Shown: positions 1 to 9,445 of the stretch, one piece after another
How the letters are laid out: each line of letters opens with the position of its first letter
How positions within the stretch are numbered: position 1 is the first letter of the stretch
Assembly: GCA_019057795.1 (NCBI GenBank)
Contig: JAHLWS010000077.1
Location: 96,001 to 160,000 of the forward strand
DNA length: 64,000 bases
Reading direction: 5' to 3'
Source: Promethearchaeota archaeon
GTDB lineage: Archaea > Asgardarchaeota > Lokiarchaeia > Sigyniarchaeales > SOKP01
Notes under the pieces: model-generated
The model's database searches: none
Seen by the model: only the letters and a program-made list of their open reading frames with translations
Told to the model about the DNA's origin: nothing
Translations under genes and position numbers: made by a program

Positions 1-1
1 G

Positions 2-3000
2 ATTCCAAATCGATTTTCCTTATATAATGATTTTGGTAAAATATCGAGATCTTCAGTGGAAAATGATGGTTGGGTAGAGTTTGAAGTGAAAGGTCTACTT
101 ATTACTCCTCAAGATGGGAAGGTGTATTATACTTCCGATGTAGATTCCTTTATAGACGGTACAGCAAAAATAAGCGGACATTACTTTTATGTCGATTCTA
201 ATGAAGGTAAAGACGGATTTTACGAAACCGTGTATATTTTAAGTGATACATATGTGAGACCTGATAGTTCCGGCATTCCAAAATATAATGTAATGTCAAT
301 CGGGCTCAATTATGATTTTCTTCCTGACTTTGTCCCATATGAAAAGATAGATAAAACAGAACATGAAGTTTCCGATTTTAGTAATGTAGCAAAAGAAACT
401 AAAATGTTTGGCGATAAATGGATATATAATTTTGCAAGACTTGAAAATTGTGAACTTTTAAAAAAAACAGAATCCAAATTGGAAAAATTCGGATTAAAAT
501 CAAAAGATCAAATTTTTGAGATCTACAAACTTGTAGAACCAAGCGAACAAAATAGCAAGTTTTCCACGTTATTCTACGAAATCAGGCATAAGACCTATTC
601 AAAAGCATGGGAGCAATACAGAAAGCAACTTTTAGGAGACATTGTACAACAGGTATTCATGTCCGTAGTTGCCTCAACGCTGAGTGCCGCAATCGATGCA
701 ATCACGGTAGGCACTGGTCATCCATTAGCTACATTCACTTATTTTATGGTATATTCCTTAATGACTAAATTCTATATTGATTTACAACTTCATGAAGCCG
801 ATTCGAAAATACGCTCCGAAACTTTCTATCCTGAATCCGCCAAAGTACGAAACCCAATTTCCCTTAATGAAAAATCACTTGGTGATAGAATACTTGGAGA
901 TAGTATGGCTGCGGCACTTATAGGTCATCCGGGGGGGTATTATACCACCGTGAGCGGAGGAGAGCCAGGAAATCAATATACCGCACAATTATTAGTAAGT
1001 CCCCCAAACCTTGCTCGATGCTTGAATGCATTTGGCGGATTTTTGAATTTACTGGGGGAAAATTTCCTAAATATGGGAGAATCAGACCCAGACTCATATT
1101 GGGCTCTTGATTATGATGATATGAATTTGGATTTCTATTTACTTACCAGCGAATTACCATCATATAACCAGAAAAAGTATTACACCTATGAAAATACTGA
1201 TAGTCTTTTGAGCTTGTATAACTGGTATTGGGCTAATACATTAGGATATCTTGAAACACGAGTAAAAAGTGCTTCTCATTATCAATTAGATGCAATTCGA
1301 CCAACCTGTATAGACGGTGTGCCACAATATGAATTTATTGACAGTTCTTCATATGAGCAGGTACTTCTACAGTCAGTATTATATAAACCAATCGTGATAA
1401 GCAAGGAATTATACAACCAGATCAACCCTGTCCCAGGTCATCTTGTTGTACAGGTTCAGTCCAAGGATTACGATAATACAGAAGGAGTAAACGCTTACGA
1501 TTTAGAAGATCTCGAATTTAGAGCAGGATATAAGGCAAAAGTTCCCTTAAACAATCACAGTTTTGAATACCCAATTCAATACATTTCTATTGATATAATC
1601 AGAGATCATAAATATGAGGGTTCAAGTTTCATCGTTCAAAATCTCATCATCGATGACTCTTATTTTTCAATTGATTGCGGAAACCTCTATTTCACCAAGA
1701 CCATTGAACAAATCATAATAAGGAACTATGAAGGTCTTGAAGATGATTACCAGAAAGAATCTTTGCAATCCTTACAGCATATTTGGGTAGAAACCTCTCC
1801 TGACGCTTCCATCTATTATAATATTCATATTGTGTTTGATCTGGTTGTACCAGACACCACAGAAGAAACAACTAACTTAGCTCTATCCCAAGCGACCTTC
1901 TACACCGTAATGGACTACTTTAATCAATATGGTTATGCCCAGACCACGGCAAATATGATCTCTGAAATTGCCTACACAGAAACACTGACGTTTTGGTCAA
2001 CTCTCATCAGTGCTCCGCTGGTATTTTTCGGCTCATGGACAGTTATGGGCACAGATAAATGGATAGCTAAGTCAGGCTTAACAAAGGTTGCCGCAGATTT
2101 AGGTAAGAATGTTGCAATCAAACGAATGCTAGTTGGAGCTCTTGTATCATTTGCTACGGCCCCGCTCAAGGAAGTAGTTGAAGAAATCGTCAAGGATGGA
2201 TTTATTGAAGCCTTATGCGAGAATATTGTTGGTTTGACTCCTTTATCAGATGATGTAGGATTCTGGTTGTCCTCATTCGCAACATCCGCAAGGGAGGTCG
2301 GAGGTGCGCTCGGACAATTAGCACTCGGTGGTCCCATGACCAGTTTAAAGACTTCTATCTCCCTTCTCAAGGTACGGTTTACGGTAGATGCCGACATCCG
2401 TAAAGCAATTCGGCTAGAAATCGAGCAAGAAATAGAAACAAAGAAAGAAACCAAAAGACAAGAGGAAGAGAGTACAAGTTCGTGGAAGAAGCTACTGATG
2501 ACAGGGATTTATACGGTTATTTCATTAATCATACCAATGTGCTATTTTGGTACATTTGACCTTCTTGGGCTGACCAGATTTAAACATGCAATTAAGGATA
2601 CAATCAAGTATTCACCAAAAGCTTACGGAGAGATCAGGTCCAAGCTTGAAGCCCACCGACTTGATAAATATTTCAAAGGTAGACCGGAATATTCTGAGCA
2701 AAATATGTTTGCTAATAGATTGCAGGAAATTACAAAACAACCCGCTGATTTAGAATCTGCAAAATCCACACTTAACGATTATTTTGAGCAGCAGCCACTA
2801 GTAGCTATCCTTTCTCATATAAACTACAATCCAAAAGAAGTTCAAGCACGGCAGGAGCTTGCCAAAAAATTTAATGAAATACAACTCTCCAATTGGATAG
2901 GAGAACTTACCCAAGATTATCGCTTTGAAGATAAAAAATCTGAGTTTGAAGCTATTAGGCAAAATTTCAAAAATGTTGACTTCCAAATAGCTAAGAAAGA

Positions 3001-5494
3001 TATTATTTCCGCTATTAGAGACGCGCTTCAAGATAAAAAAGATCTTAGATATGTTGATATTAATGGAATTGTTATGTATGATCCTAATTTTGTGTTGGTC
3101 GGATTACCTCATTTCAATCCAGAACAAGAAATCGATATTGTTTTTAATCAACCAATTAAAGACTTTGTGAAAGATCTAAAGAAACAATACTATACAATCT
3201 CGTATGAAGTCAAACTTGCGTTAATTAAAGGTGATAAAATCATATACGTTGATGAGAACAGTAATCAACATATGACTCGATGGTTAATTGGTAATGGGTA
3301 TTCAAAAGATGAAACAGTATATATTATTCCTGTTGATAAGGATTATTACGGACCCCTTTACGAAAAGGATTATTGGAGAGGGACTGGTAATCCAAGTCCC
3401 TACGTATCCCATTTTAATAAATTTAGAGAAAAATTACAAGATTTATTATATGGTCCGCACCTAATTAGCAGAAATACTAAGACTGCAACAGATAACTTTT
3501 TCTTCAATTATAATTACTTGGAAAGCGTCGCTGCTAAAATGAAAGCAGGGACTCAATTTGATATTGAAGAAACCACACTTCTTAATATGCAAGCTCGATT
3601 TTTAAATAAGCTGGAGGAACATTATAAAGAAGGACAAATGACAGAAAGAGAGTATGTTGAGCATACCTGCGAAGTTAATGAGCTATTTAATAATCAGTAT
3701 GCTATATATGGATATATCGTAGCTAACCCATTCTACTTTGAGGGAAGGTTTAACGCTCTTAAAATTGGGGATATTTTAATGGATTATAAGATCATCACTA
3801 AAAATTCTTTAATAGGTAAAGATAGTCTTTATGAGTTCATAAAGTCCTTTGGTGGCTCGAAAAGTGCTCTAACTATGGTGAACTATAAGAAAGAAAAACC
3901 CTCTCAACATCTTTCGAAATATAGTATTCCGATGGAAAGCACATATAACAAACTGAAGAAAAGTTTTTATGATGCTGTTATGGATTATGCGAATAAGCAT
4001 AGTGAAATCACAAATGAAATAGCTAAGAAAGTAGTAGATAAAATAGATGCACTAATAAATAATTTCATTCAAGTAATAAGGGAGACGGAAACAGCTAGAA
4101 ATTTATTTAAAGGTTATAGCAGTAGTAATCCGAGGGTAGATCTTCTTATGCGTATTCAAAATTGTCATCCTGCTTTACGAAGAGTCTCGTCCCTTGAGAA
4201 ATTTTCTACGCTTTTGTTTGACGATGAGAATTTCATAAAAAATAATTTCCTTAGAAGTGGAAAGATTACAAGCCGTCCTGATCTGTCTAGACTTTATAGA
4301 ATTGCCTTTAGCGCCTTGAAATGGACTGTACTTGATTTCGATGGGCTTGTATCTGGGCTTGTATCTGAGTCCGATTTAGAAGCCATTGGGAATAATGTTG
4401 AGAACGTAATATATAAATGGATGCTTCGCAACCCCAGTGATCCATCATCACCTAATCCATGGTCATCCTATTTCACAGAGACTCCTCGTCGATTTGGAAG
4501 ACTTCAACCAAAATCATTTTTAAAACTGGAACATGAGCTAAAACAATCCTTAGTTCATGCTGCTTCCGCTTTCACTGAAGAAGACATTTCTTCTATAAAG
4601 AAATTAGCAAATGCTCTTAAAATGAGCCCTCCATCTTTTGAAAAACTGTTATCTCCAGGGTCGACCTCTGCCTCTGTAAAAGATCTTCTTAGGGCAAAGT
4701 CCACTATCGTCTCGTATATACTTGATGCTTCAATGACAGAAGAGAAACTTAAATTTTACGATAGGGCCTTAGTCAAGATAGATGAATACATAGCTACAAG
4801 ACATTTAAGACTTTTTGACGAAAAGATCGTGAGCAAGAAAGGATATGATAAGAAGTTATGGCATGATGACAGAATTTTGGCGTACCATGTAATCTCCTTG
4901 CTTTGCAGAGATCTAGGATTCGATCCCCTAACATTTAGACCGTTAAATCCGCAAATTTTTGACAAAAATTCGGCAACTGGTCTTTATGCCCGTCATCATC
5001 TTGACACCCTCAAGAAATTTTCAGTGTATTTACAACATCTTTTGCTTACAGATAGTAGTACACATAAAACATACGATAGTCATATAGACTTAGAGGATCA
5101 AAAAATTCTTTTGAAAATTATAAACGATTTAATTCAAAACGACGGTTCAGGTCCAAATAAAGAAATTACGGCTAATGATGTCGAGAAGGCATTCTTAGAC
5201 AATTTTGGAGATCCTAAAAAAGTTAAGTTTTACCTCGATAACTATTGGGATTGGAAATCGATTAATTTTCAAGATTATTTAAAAGAATTTAATAAAAGAA
5301 GGGATATGATGAAAAACGGGGAGTATGAAGAATTTATTAAGACTAAGTTTAATGATGCATACAGGCGATTCTTTAACGATGCTATGGGTATTCTTAACTC
5401 ACTGACGGAGCTTTCAGATTTTAAAGGGTATAGATTAAGTAGAGTTTTCAGTATCGCTGACATCGATTACCTTAAGAGAGTCTTTAGCATTTAG
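2..5494 (+). CDS. Giant protein, 5'-truncated by the window edge; hydrophobic central segments, HTH-like motifs and an HNH-like C-terminal motif; putative polymorphic toxin
   Basis: Frame is open from position 2 (IPNRFSLYNDFGKISRSS) into the 56..5494 ORF, so the GTG at 56 is probably not the start. Hydrophobic Ala/Gly-rich stretches at about aa 195-240, 645-705, 730-760 and 815-840. SIKKLANALKMSPPSFEKLL is HTH-like; ARHHLD...HLLLTDSSTHKTYDSH is HNH-like. The function is inferred. Confidence 0.6.
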   Translation: MPNRFSLYNDFGKISRSSVENDGWVEFEVKGLLITPQDGKVYYTSDVDSFIDGTAKISGHYFYVDSNEGKDGFYETVYILSDTYVRPDSSGIPKYNVMSIGLNYDFLPDFVPYEKIDKTEHEVSDFSNVAKETKMFGDKWIYNFARLENCELLKKTESKLEKFGLKSKDQIFEIYKLVEPSEQNSKFSTLFYEIRHKTYSKAWEQYRKQLLGDIVQQVFMSVVASTLSAAIDAITVGTGHPLATFTYFMVYSLMTKFYIDLQLHEADSKIRSETFYPESAKVRNPISLNEKSLGDRILGDSMAAALIGHPGGYYTTVSGGEPGNQYTAQLLVSPPNLARCLNAFGGFLNLLGENFLNMGESDPDSYWALDYDDMNLDFYLLTSELPSYNQKKYYTYENTDSLLSLYNWYWANTLGYLETRVKSASHYQLDAIRPTCIDGVPQYEFIDSSSYEQVLLQSVLYKPIVISKELYNQINPVPGHLVVQVQSKDYDNTEGVNAYDLEDLEFRAGYKAKVPLNNHSFEYPIQYISIDIIRDHKYEGSSFIVQNLIIDDSYFSIDCGNLYFTKTIEQIIIRNYEGLEDDYQKESLQSLQHIWVETSPDASIYYNIHIVFDLVVPDTTEETTNLALSQATFYTVMDYFNQYGYAQTTANMISEIAYTETLTFWSTLISAPLVFFGSWTVMGTDKWIAKSGLTKVAADLGKNVAIKRMLVGALVSFATAPLKEVVEEIVKDGFIEALCENIVGLTPLSDDVGFWLSSFATSAREVGGALGQLALGGPMTSLKTSISLLKVRFTVDADIRKAIRLEIEQEIETKKETKRQEEESTSSWKKLLMTGIYTVISLIIPMCYFGTFDLLGLTRFKHAIKDTIKYSPKAYGEIRSKLEAHRLDKYFKGRPEYSEQNMFANRLQEITKQPADLESAKSTLNDYFEQQPLVAILSHINYNPKEVQARQELAKKFNEIQLSNWIGELTQDYRFEDKKSEFEAIRQNFKNVDFQIAKKDIISAIRDALQDKKDLRYVDINGIVMYDPNFVLVGLPHFNPEQEIDIVFNQPIKDFVKDLKKQYYTISYEVKLALIKGDKIIYVDENSNQHMTRWLIGNGYSKDETVYIIPVDKDYYGPLYEKDYWRGTGNPSPYVSHFNKFREKLQDLLYGPHLISRNTKTATDNFFFNYNYLESVAAKMKAGTQFDIEETTLLNMQARFLNKLEEHYKEGQMTEREYVEHTCEVNELFNNQYAIYGYIVANPFYFEGRFNALKIGDILMDYKIITKNSLIGKDSLYEFIKSFGGSKSALTMVNYKKEKPSQHLSKYSIPMESTYNKLKKSFYDAVMDYANKHSEITNEIAKKVVDKIDALINNFIQVIRETETARNLFKGYSSSNPRVDLLMRIQNCHPALRRVSSLEKFSTLLFDDENFIKNNFLRSGKITSRPDLSRLYRIAFSALKWTVLDFDGLVSGLVSESDLEAIGNNVENVIYKWMLRNPSDPSSPNPWSSYFTETPRRFGRLQPKSFLKLEHELKQSLVHAASAFTEEDISSIKKLANALKMSPPSFEKLLSPGSTSASVKDLLRAKSTIVSYILDASMTEEKLKFYDRALVKIDEYIATRHLRLFDEKIVSKKGYDKKLWHDDRILAYHVISLLCRDLGFDPLTFRPLNPQIFDKNSATGLYARHHLDTLKKFSVYLQHLLLTDSSTHKTYDSHIDLEDQKILLKIINDLIQNDGSGPNKEITANDVEKAFLDNFGDPKKVKFYLDNYWDWKSINFQDYLKEFNKRRDMMKNGEYEEFIKTKFNDAYRRFFNDAMGILNSLTELSDFKGYRLSRVFSIADIDYLKRVFSI

Positions 5495-5575
5495 ATTTTA
5501 GATTTTAGGTTATTAGAAATCTGTCGCACTACAAAGATTTAAATTTTTAATTAACCATATTAAGTTTGACTAAAA

Positions 5576-5917
5576 ATGAAAAACGGCAGGACTATAAGCA
5601 TTAAGGACCCGAGATTACAGAAAATTAGGAATAATATAAGACTGCTCATTTTAAATGAATGCTCAAGGCGAAGATCAGAAATTAGAGATCAAGAGCATGA
5701 TTTAACTCACGACAAGGACGGAAAATATGTAAAGATTTCTCCTGAAACTAGCGAAATTTTACAGAATCTTACTGACAAGTGGTGGGAGATCGAGCGTCCC
5801 TTAAGAGCTTCCGCAGTAATATGCGCAGGTTGCGGCAAACACGATAGAGACGTGACTTATCACCGAAAGTCTCGTTCTTGGTTCTGCGTGCGGTGTTATA
5901 AAGAGAGGTATGGCTAA
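5576..5917 (+). CDS. Small Zn-finger protein (CxxC...CxxC), copy 1; putative immunity/partner protein
   Basis: 113 aa with CAGC and WFCVRC motifs; paralog immediately downstream. Confidence 0.75.
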   Translation: MKNGRTISIKDPRLQKIRNNIRLLILNECSRRRSEIRDQEHDLTHDKDGKYVKISPETSEILQNLTDKWWEIERPLRASAVICAGCGKHDRDVTYHRKSRSWFCVRCYKERYG

Positions 5918-5963
5918 CTTTTTTCTTTATTTTCGCTTGATTAAGTATTAAGTTTGACTAAAA

Positions 5964-6305
5964 ATGAAAAACGGCAGGACTATAAGCATTAAGGACCTGA
6001 GATTACAGAAAATTAGGAATAATATAAGACTGCTCATTTTAAATGAATGCTCAAGGCGAAGATCAGAAATTAGTGATCAAAAGCATAATTTAACTTTTGA
6101 TGAAAATGGGAATTATATTCGAGCTTCTGAAGAAACTACTAAGATTATACAAGGTCTTACTGACAAGTGGTGGGAGATCGAGCGTCCCTTAAGAGCTTCC
6201 GTAGTCAAGTGCGCTGGTTGTAACAACAATAATCGAGACGTGACATATCACCGAAAGTCTCGTTCTTGGTTCTGCGTACGGTGTTATAAAGAGAGGTATA
6301 GCTAA
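5964..6305 (+). CDS. Small Zn-finger protein, copy 2
   Basis: 113 aa, same length and motifs as copy 1, with a divergent central segment. Confidence 0.75.
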   Translation: MKNGRTISIKDLRLQKIRNNIRLLILNECSRRRSEISDQKHNLTFDENGNYIRASEETTKIIQGLTDKWWEIERPLRASVVKCAGCNNNNRDVTYHRKSRSWFCVRCYKERYS

Positions 6306-6424
6306 CTATTTTCTTTATTTTCGTTTGATTAATTTCGATTAATTCCTAAAAAAGTACGCCGACGGGCCTACTGATAAGAAAATTAAATAACCATGAGATA
6401 TATTATAACAATAACAGTGAGAAT

Positions 6425-7177
6425 ATGGCTAAAATTACTCGATCTTCGAAACATCTTTTTGCAAGTACCGCTCTTGTTTTAATCTTTATGGGAGGTTTCA
6501 CATCAAAAGTAATTGCTTTAGACTATAGTATTGGTTTTAGAGAAGATGATCAATTAATTTGGAAATGCAATGTATGTAATATTAACAAAATGAATGTGCT
6601 ATTTGGGGAGAGTTGGAGAGACGCGGGATTGTTTGAAAACCTAAGCCAAGGAAAAAGGATGAGATGGGATGTTAATACGATCGAAGAAAATTCCACAACA
6701 ATATTAACATCAGTTAACATATGGATGTGGAAAAACGAAGAGAGTTGGGGAACTCTTGACAATATAACAGAATCTTCATATTTAAAAAATCCAAGCCAAT
6801 ACCCCGCCAATTTTAATTTTTCAACTTATTTGCCTTTTGTGCCTTTTTGGTTACCCGTTCCGATTGGCGATTATTTAGGGGAAATGAAACTAAGTAATTT
6901 GTACGATGTTGATAATCGTGTTTTGCCAACTTTAAATGTTCAGGTTGAAAAAGACTATATAAAACCTAATACTCCCACTGAAAATGTTTATATAATCGCG
7001 GTCTATAACCTTAATGGGATATTAAGCTCTTATAAATTATATTTAACTGGTAATGTAGTCGTCATTGATATTTCACTTGATAGCATCCCTCTATTTGCAT
7101 TAATTTTCACAATAGGCTTAATTAGTGCATTTTTTATTGTTATTTATTTATATGTAAAGAGAAAACGAAATATATAA
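6425..7177 (+). CDS. Exported protein with a C-terminal membrane anchor, unknown function
   Basis: N-terminal signal-like hydrophobic segment; C-terminal TM helix followed by KRKR. Confidence 0.75.
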   Translation: MAKITRSSKHLFASTALVLIFMGGFTSKVIALDYSIGFREDDQLIWKCNVCNINKMNVLFGESWRDAGLFENLSQGKRMRWDVNTIEENSTTILTSVNIWMWKNEESWGTLDNITESSYLKNPSQYPANFNFSTYLPFVPFWLPVPIGDYLGEMKLSNLYDVDNRVLPTLNVQVEKDYIKPNTPTENVYIIAVYNLNGILSSYKLYLTGNVVVIDISLDSIPLFALIFTIGLISAFFIVIYLYVKRKRNI

Positions 7178-7205
7178 CCTTTTATCACTATTTATTAAGA
7201 TTAGC

Positions 7206-8486
7206 ATGGATTTTAAAGCACATTTTACTCAAGTTAAGAATCGCTCTGTAGAACTATGGAAATTTAAATTCTTCAGATATAGTATATTTCTTCATATGTT
7301 TTATTTTATATTTTCAATAATTATGACACTGTTCGTATTCAGAGCGCAAAGTGATTTCTATGTATATTATAAAGTTGGAGAAATTTTTGTTAACGACCCT
7401 GCTAACCTTTATAACCCTGCAAATTATGCCGACATTTGGCCTTTTAGATACCTCCCTCTTTCTGCCCTACTCTTTGTTCCTTTTTATTTATTGGGTTTTG
7501 AATTAGGATTTATTGTTTTTAATTTAATCAATTTAATTTTAAATGTTTTGATCTCTATTATTCTTTATAAATTAATACTCTTAATTAGAAGAGAAGATCA
7601 CGAGAAAGAAGAAAATAGAGTAATACTATACATTTGTCTTTACCTCATTGGATTACCGCAGGTATTTAATTACATATTAGGACAAATAAATTTATATGTT
7701 ACTCTACTTATTTTATTATCTCTGTTTATTTTTCTTAAATATAAGGATATCAAATGGCAATTTATCGCAAGTTTCTTATTAGGAATAAGTATTATAATTA
7801 AACCAACATCTATATTCATGATTCCCTTCTTGATTATGCTCAATTACGATTATAATAATAAAAAATTAAAACTTGATTTTACTAGAAGCTTTCTAAGATT
7901 AATAGGCGTTATATTGCCTTTGTCTTTAAACATTATCGTGTTTTTAATTTACCCGGGTTTGTTAAATGGGTTTTTAGAAACAAATTTTACCGGCTCTGAA
8001 ACAGTGCTTTTAAACCATTCTTTTAGTATTACAAAACTCATATCGAATTTCTTCTTATATATTGGGGTTCCCGCAACCGAATTACGCGTTTTACCTATTT
8101 TTTTAAGCGTTTTGCTCATTTTAGGAAGTATAAGTTTTATTTTCTATGTATTTAGAAGATTTTATCGAAATAGTTTAATTTATGGATACACATTCGGTAT
8201 TTTAATTATGTTCCTTGCTTACTTTGACTCATGGGACCATCATCTTCTCAATCTAACTCCACTTTTGGTTGTTATATTGTTTAATTTGCCAAGAAACTCA
8301 GATATAACCAGAAAGTATATTAAACCTAGTTTTTTCTTTTTGAGCTTCTTTGATTTGGCTTTTATGGGAATATTTTGGTTAACAAAGCTATTTTTTCCAT
8401 TTAATTTCGCTTCAACAATATTTTTAATTCTTATTTTTATAGGGATTAGCCAATATTGCTTAAAAAAGGAAAATGAAGAAAAATAA
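7206..8486 (+). CDS. Glycosyltransferase family 87 (DUF2029, GT-C fold) membrane protein
   Basis: Polytopic membrane protein with SDFYVYY, FRYLPLSALLFVPF, GQIN, IKP and SWDHH motifs typical of GT87. Confidence 0.8.
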   Translation: MDFKAHFTQVKNRSVELWKFKFFRYSIFLHMFYFIFSIIMTLFVFRAQSDFYVYYKVGEIFVNDPANLYNPANYADIWPFRYLPLSALLFVPFYLLGFELGFIVFNLINLILNVLISIILYKLILLIRREDHEKEENRVILYICLYLIGLPQVFNYILGQINLYVTLLILLSLFIFLKYKDIKWQFIASFLLGISIIIKPTSIFMIPFLIMLNYDYNNKKLKLDFTRSFLRLIGVILPLSLNIIVFLIYPGLLNGFLETNFTGSETVLLNHSFSITKLISNFFLYIGVPATELRVLPIFLSVLLILGSISFIFYVFRRFYRNSLIYGYTFGILIMFLAYFDSWDHHLLNLTPLLVVILFNLPRNSDITRKYIKPSFFFLSFFDLAFMGIFWLTKLFFPFNFASTIFLILIFIGISQYCLKKENEEK

Positions 8487-8576
8487 TAAGGTAAAAGCTT
8501 AAATAATTTCAATTCTAAATTTTACATGTAATATTAAATAATATTAAACGAATCCAAAAGGCACTTTACTGAAAAA

Positions 8577-9281
8577 ATGGTGCAAGAATATTTTATTATT
8601 TTAATGCCAGCATTTTTATTAGGAATATTGCATACGCTAATTCCATGTGAAGATAAAGCTATCTTCTTTTTTTGGTCGTTTGGAATAGCAAAGACTCCAA
8701 AAAAGAGTATTTACATATTGATGCTCTATGGATTGGGATTAATTACTTCCAATATGATTATAGCGTCAGTAACGGTTTTTATCACTCAAATCCCAAGATT
8801 TATTATACCCAATTTTACACCCGACCCTATAGTTATTAATTTCTTTGGAGCGTTCACATCTATGTTTGCCGGGATATTTTTTTTCTTGTTCGTTACAAAA
8901 CGGGACTATTTACCTCATTCTAAATATTTTAAGGACATTCCAAGTTTAGATTGGGAATTAAAGAAAACGCCTTATGTTTTTGGAATCATAGCAGGATTTG
9001 CTCCTTGTATATTTGAATTAATGTTATATTCTCAAGCTTTTCAATTATCTCTTGGATATGGATTTATAGAAGGTCTATTGGTAGTATTTTATTTCTCTTT
9101 AGGCACTTTTGTGGGATTATTTCCACTTGCTTTAGCTAAACAAGGTACTGCGCTTATTGTTAAGCCAACCAAGAGCAGAAAGAACACAATTTATTACCTT
9201 ATGCTCCTAATAATTATACTTTTTAATGTAGCGGTTATGGTGCTATCGCTTTTAGGAGTTTCTGTATTTCCAATCTTATAA
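8577..9281 (+). CDS. NicO/UreH/DsbD_2-like membrane protein (metal transport or thiol accessory)
   Basis: About 6 TM; LGILHTLIPCEDK and GFAPC motifs. Confidence 0.6.
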   Translation: MVQEYFIILMPAFLLGILHTLIPCEDKAIFFFWSFGIAKTPKKSIYILMLYGLGLITSNMIIASVTVFITQIPRFIIPNFTPDPIVINFFGAFTSMFAGIFFFLFVTKRDYLPHSKYFKDIPSLDWELKKTPYVFGIIAGFAPCIFELMLYSQAFQLSLGYGFIEGLLVVFYFSLGTFVGLFPLALAKQGTALIVKPTKSRKNTIYYLMLLIIILFNVAVMVLSLLGVSVFPIL

Positions 9282-9445
9282 GTATAGTTTTTTTTATTTT
9301 GATTCAAAAAATTAAAAACTAATCAATAATTCAAAAAAATCAATAAATCAATAGTTGGTCTCATAAAATAATTTATATCTGTATTTTTATATATATTATA
9401 AACTAATCTATATCTTTCAACAATTATGGAGATAATTATCAGATA

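Larger units (their letters stand above)
5558..6332 (+). repeat. Tandem direct duplication, unit 388 bp (5558-5945 / 5946-6332)
   Basis: Both units begin tattaagtttgactaaaaatgaaaaacggcagg and end ...ctttattttcg(c/t)ttgattaa; the start codons are 388 bp apart. Confidence 0.95.

Noticed and set aside
4342-4365. 12-bp tandem duplication (GLVSGLVS) in the giant ORF; similar KETYTKETY in the EF-2 paralog
   Set aside because: These are in-frame slippage micro-duplications with no sign of programmed variation.
5558-6332. DGR template/variable repeat or CRISPR interpretation of the duplication
   Set aside because: The differences are not adenine-specific, there is no reverse transcriptase in the window, both copies are full genes, and no repeat-spacer array exists anywhere in the window.
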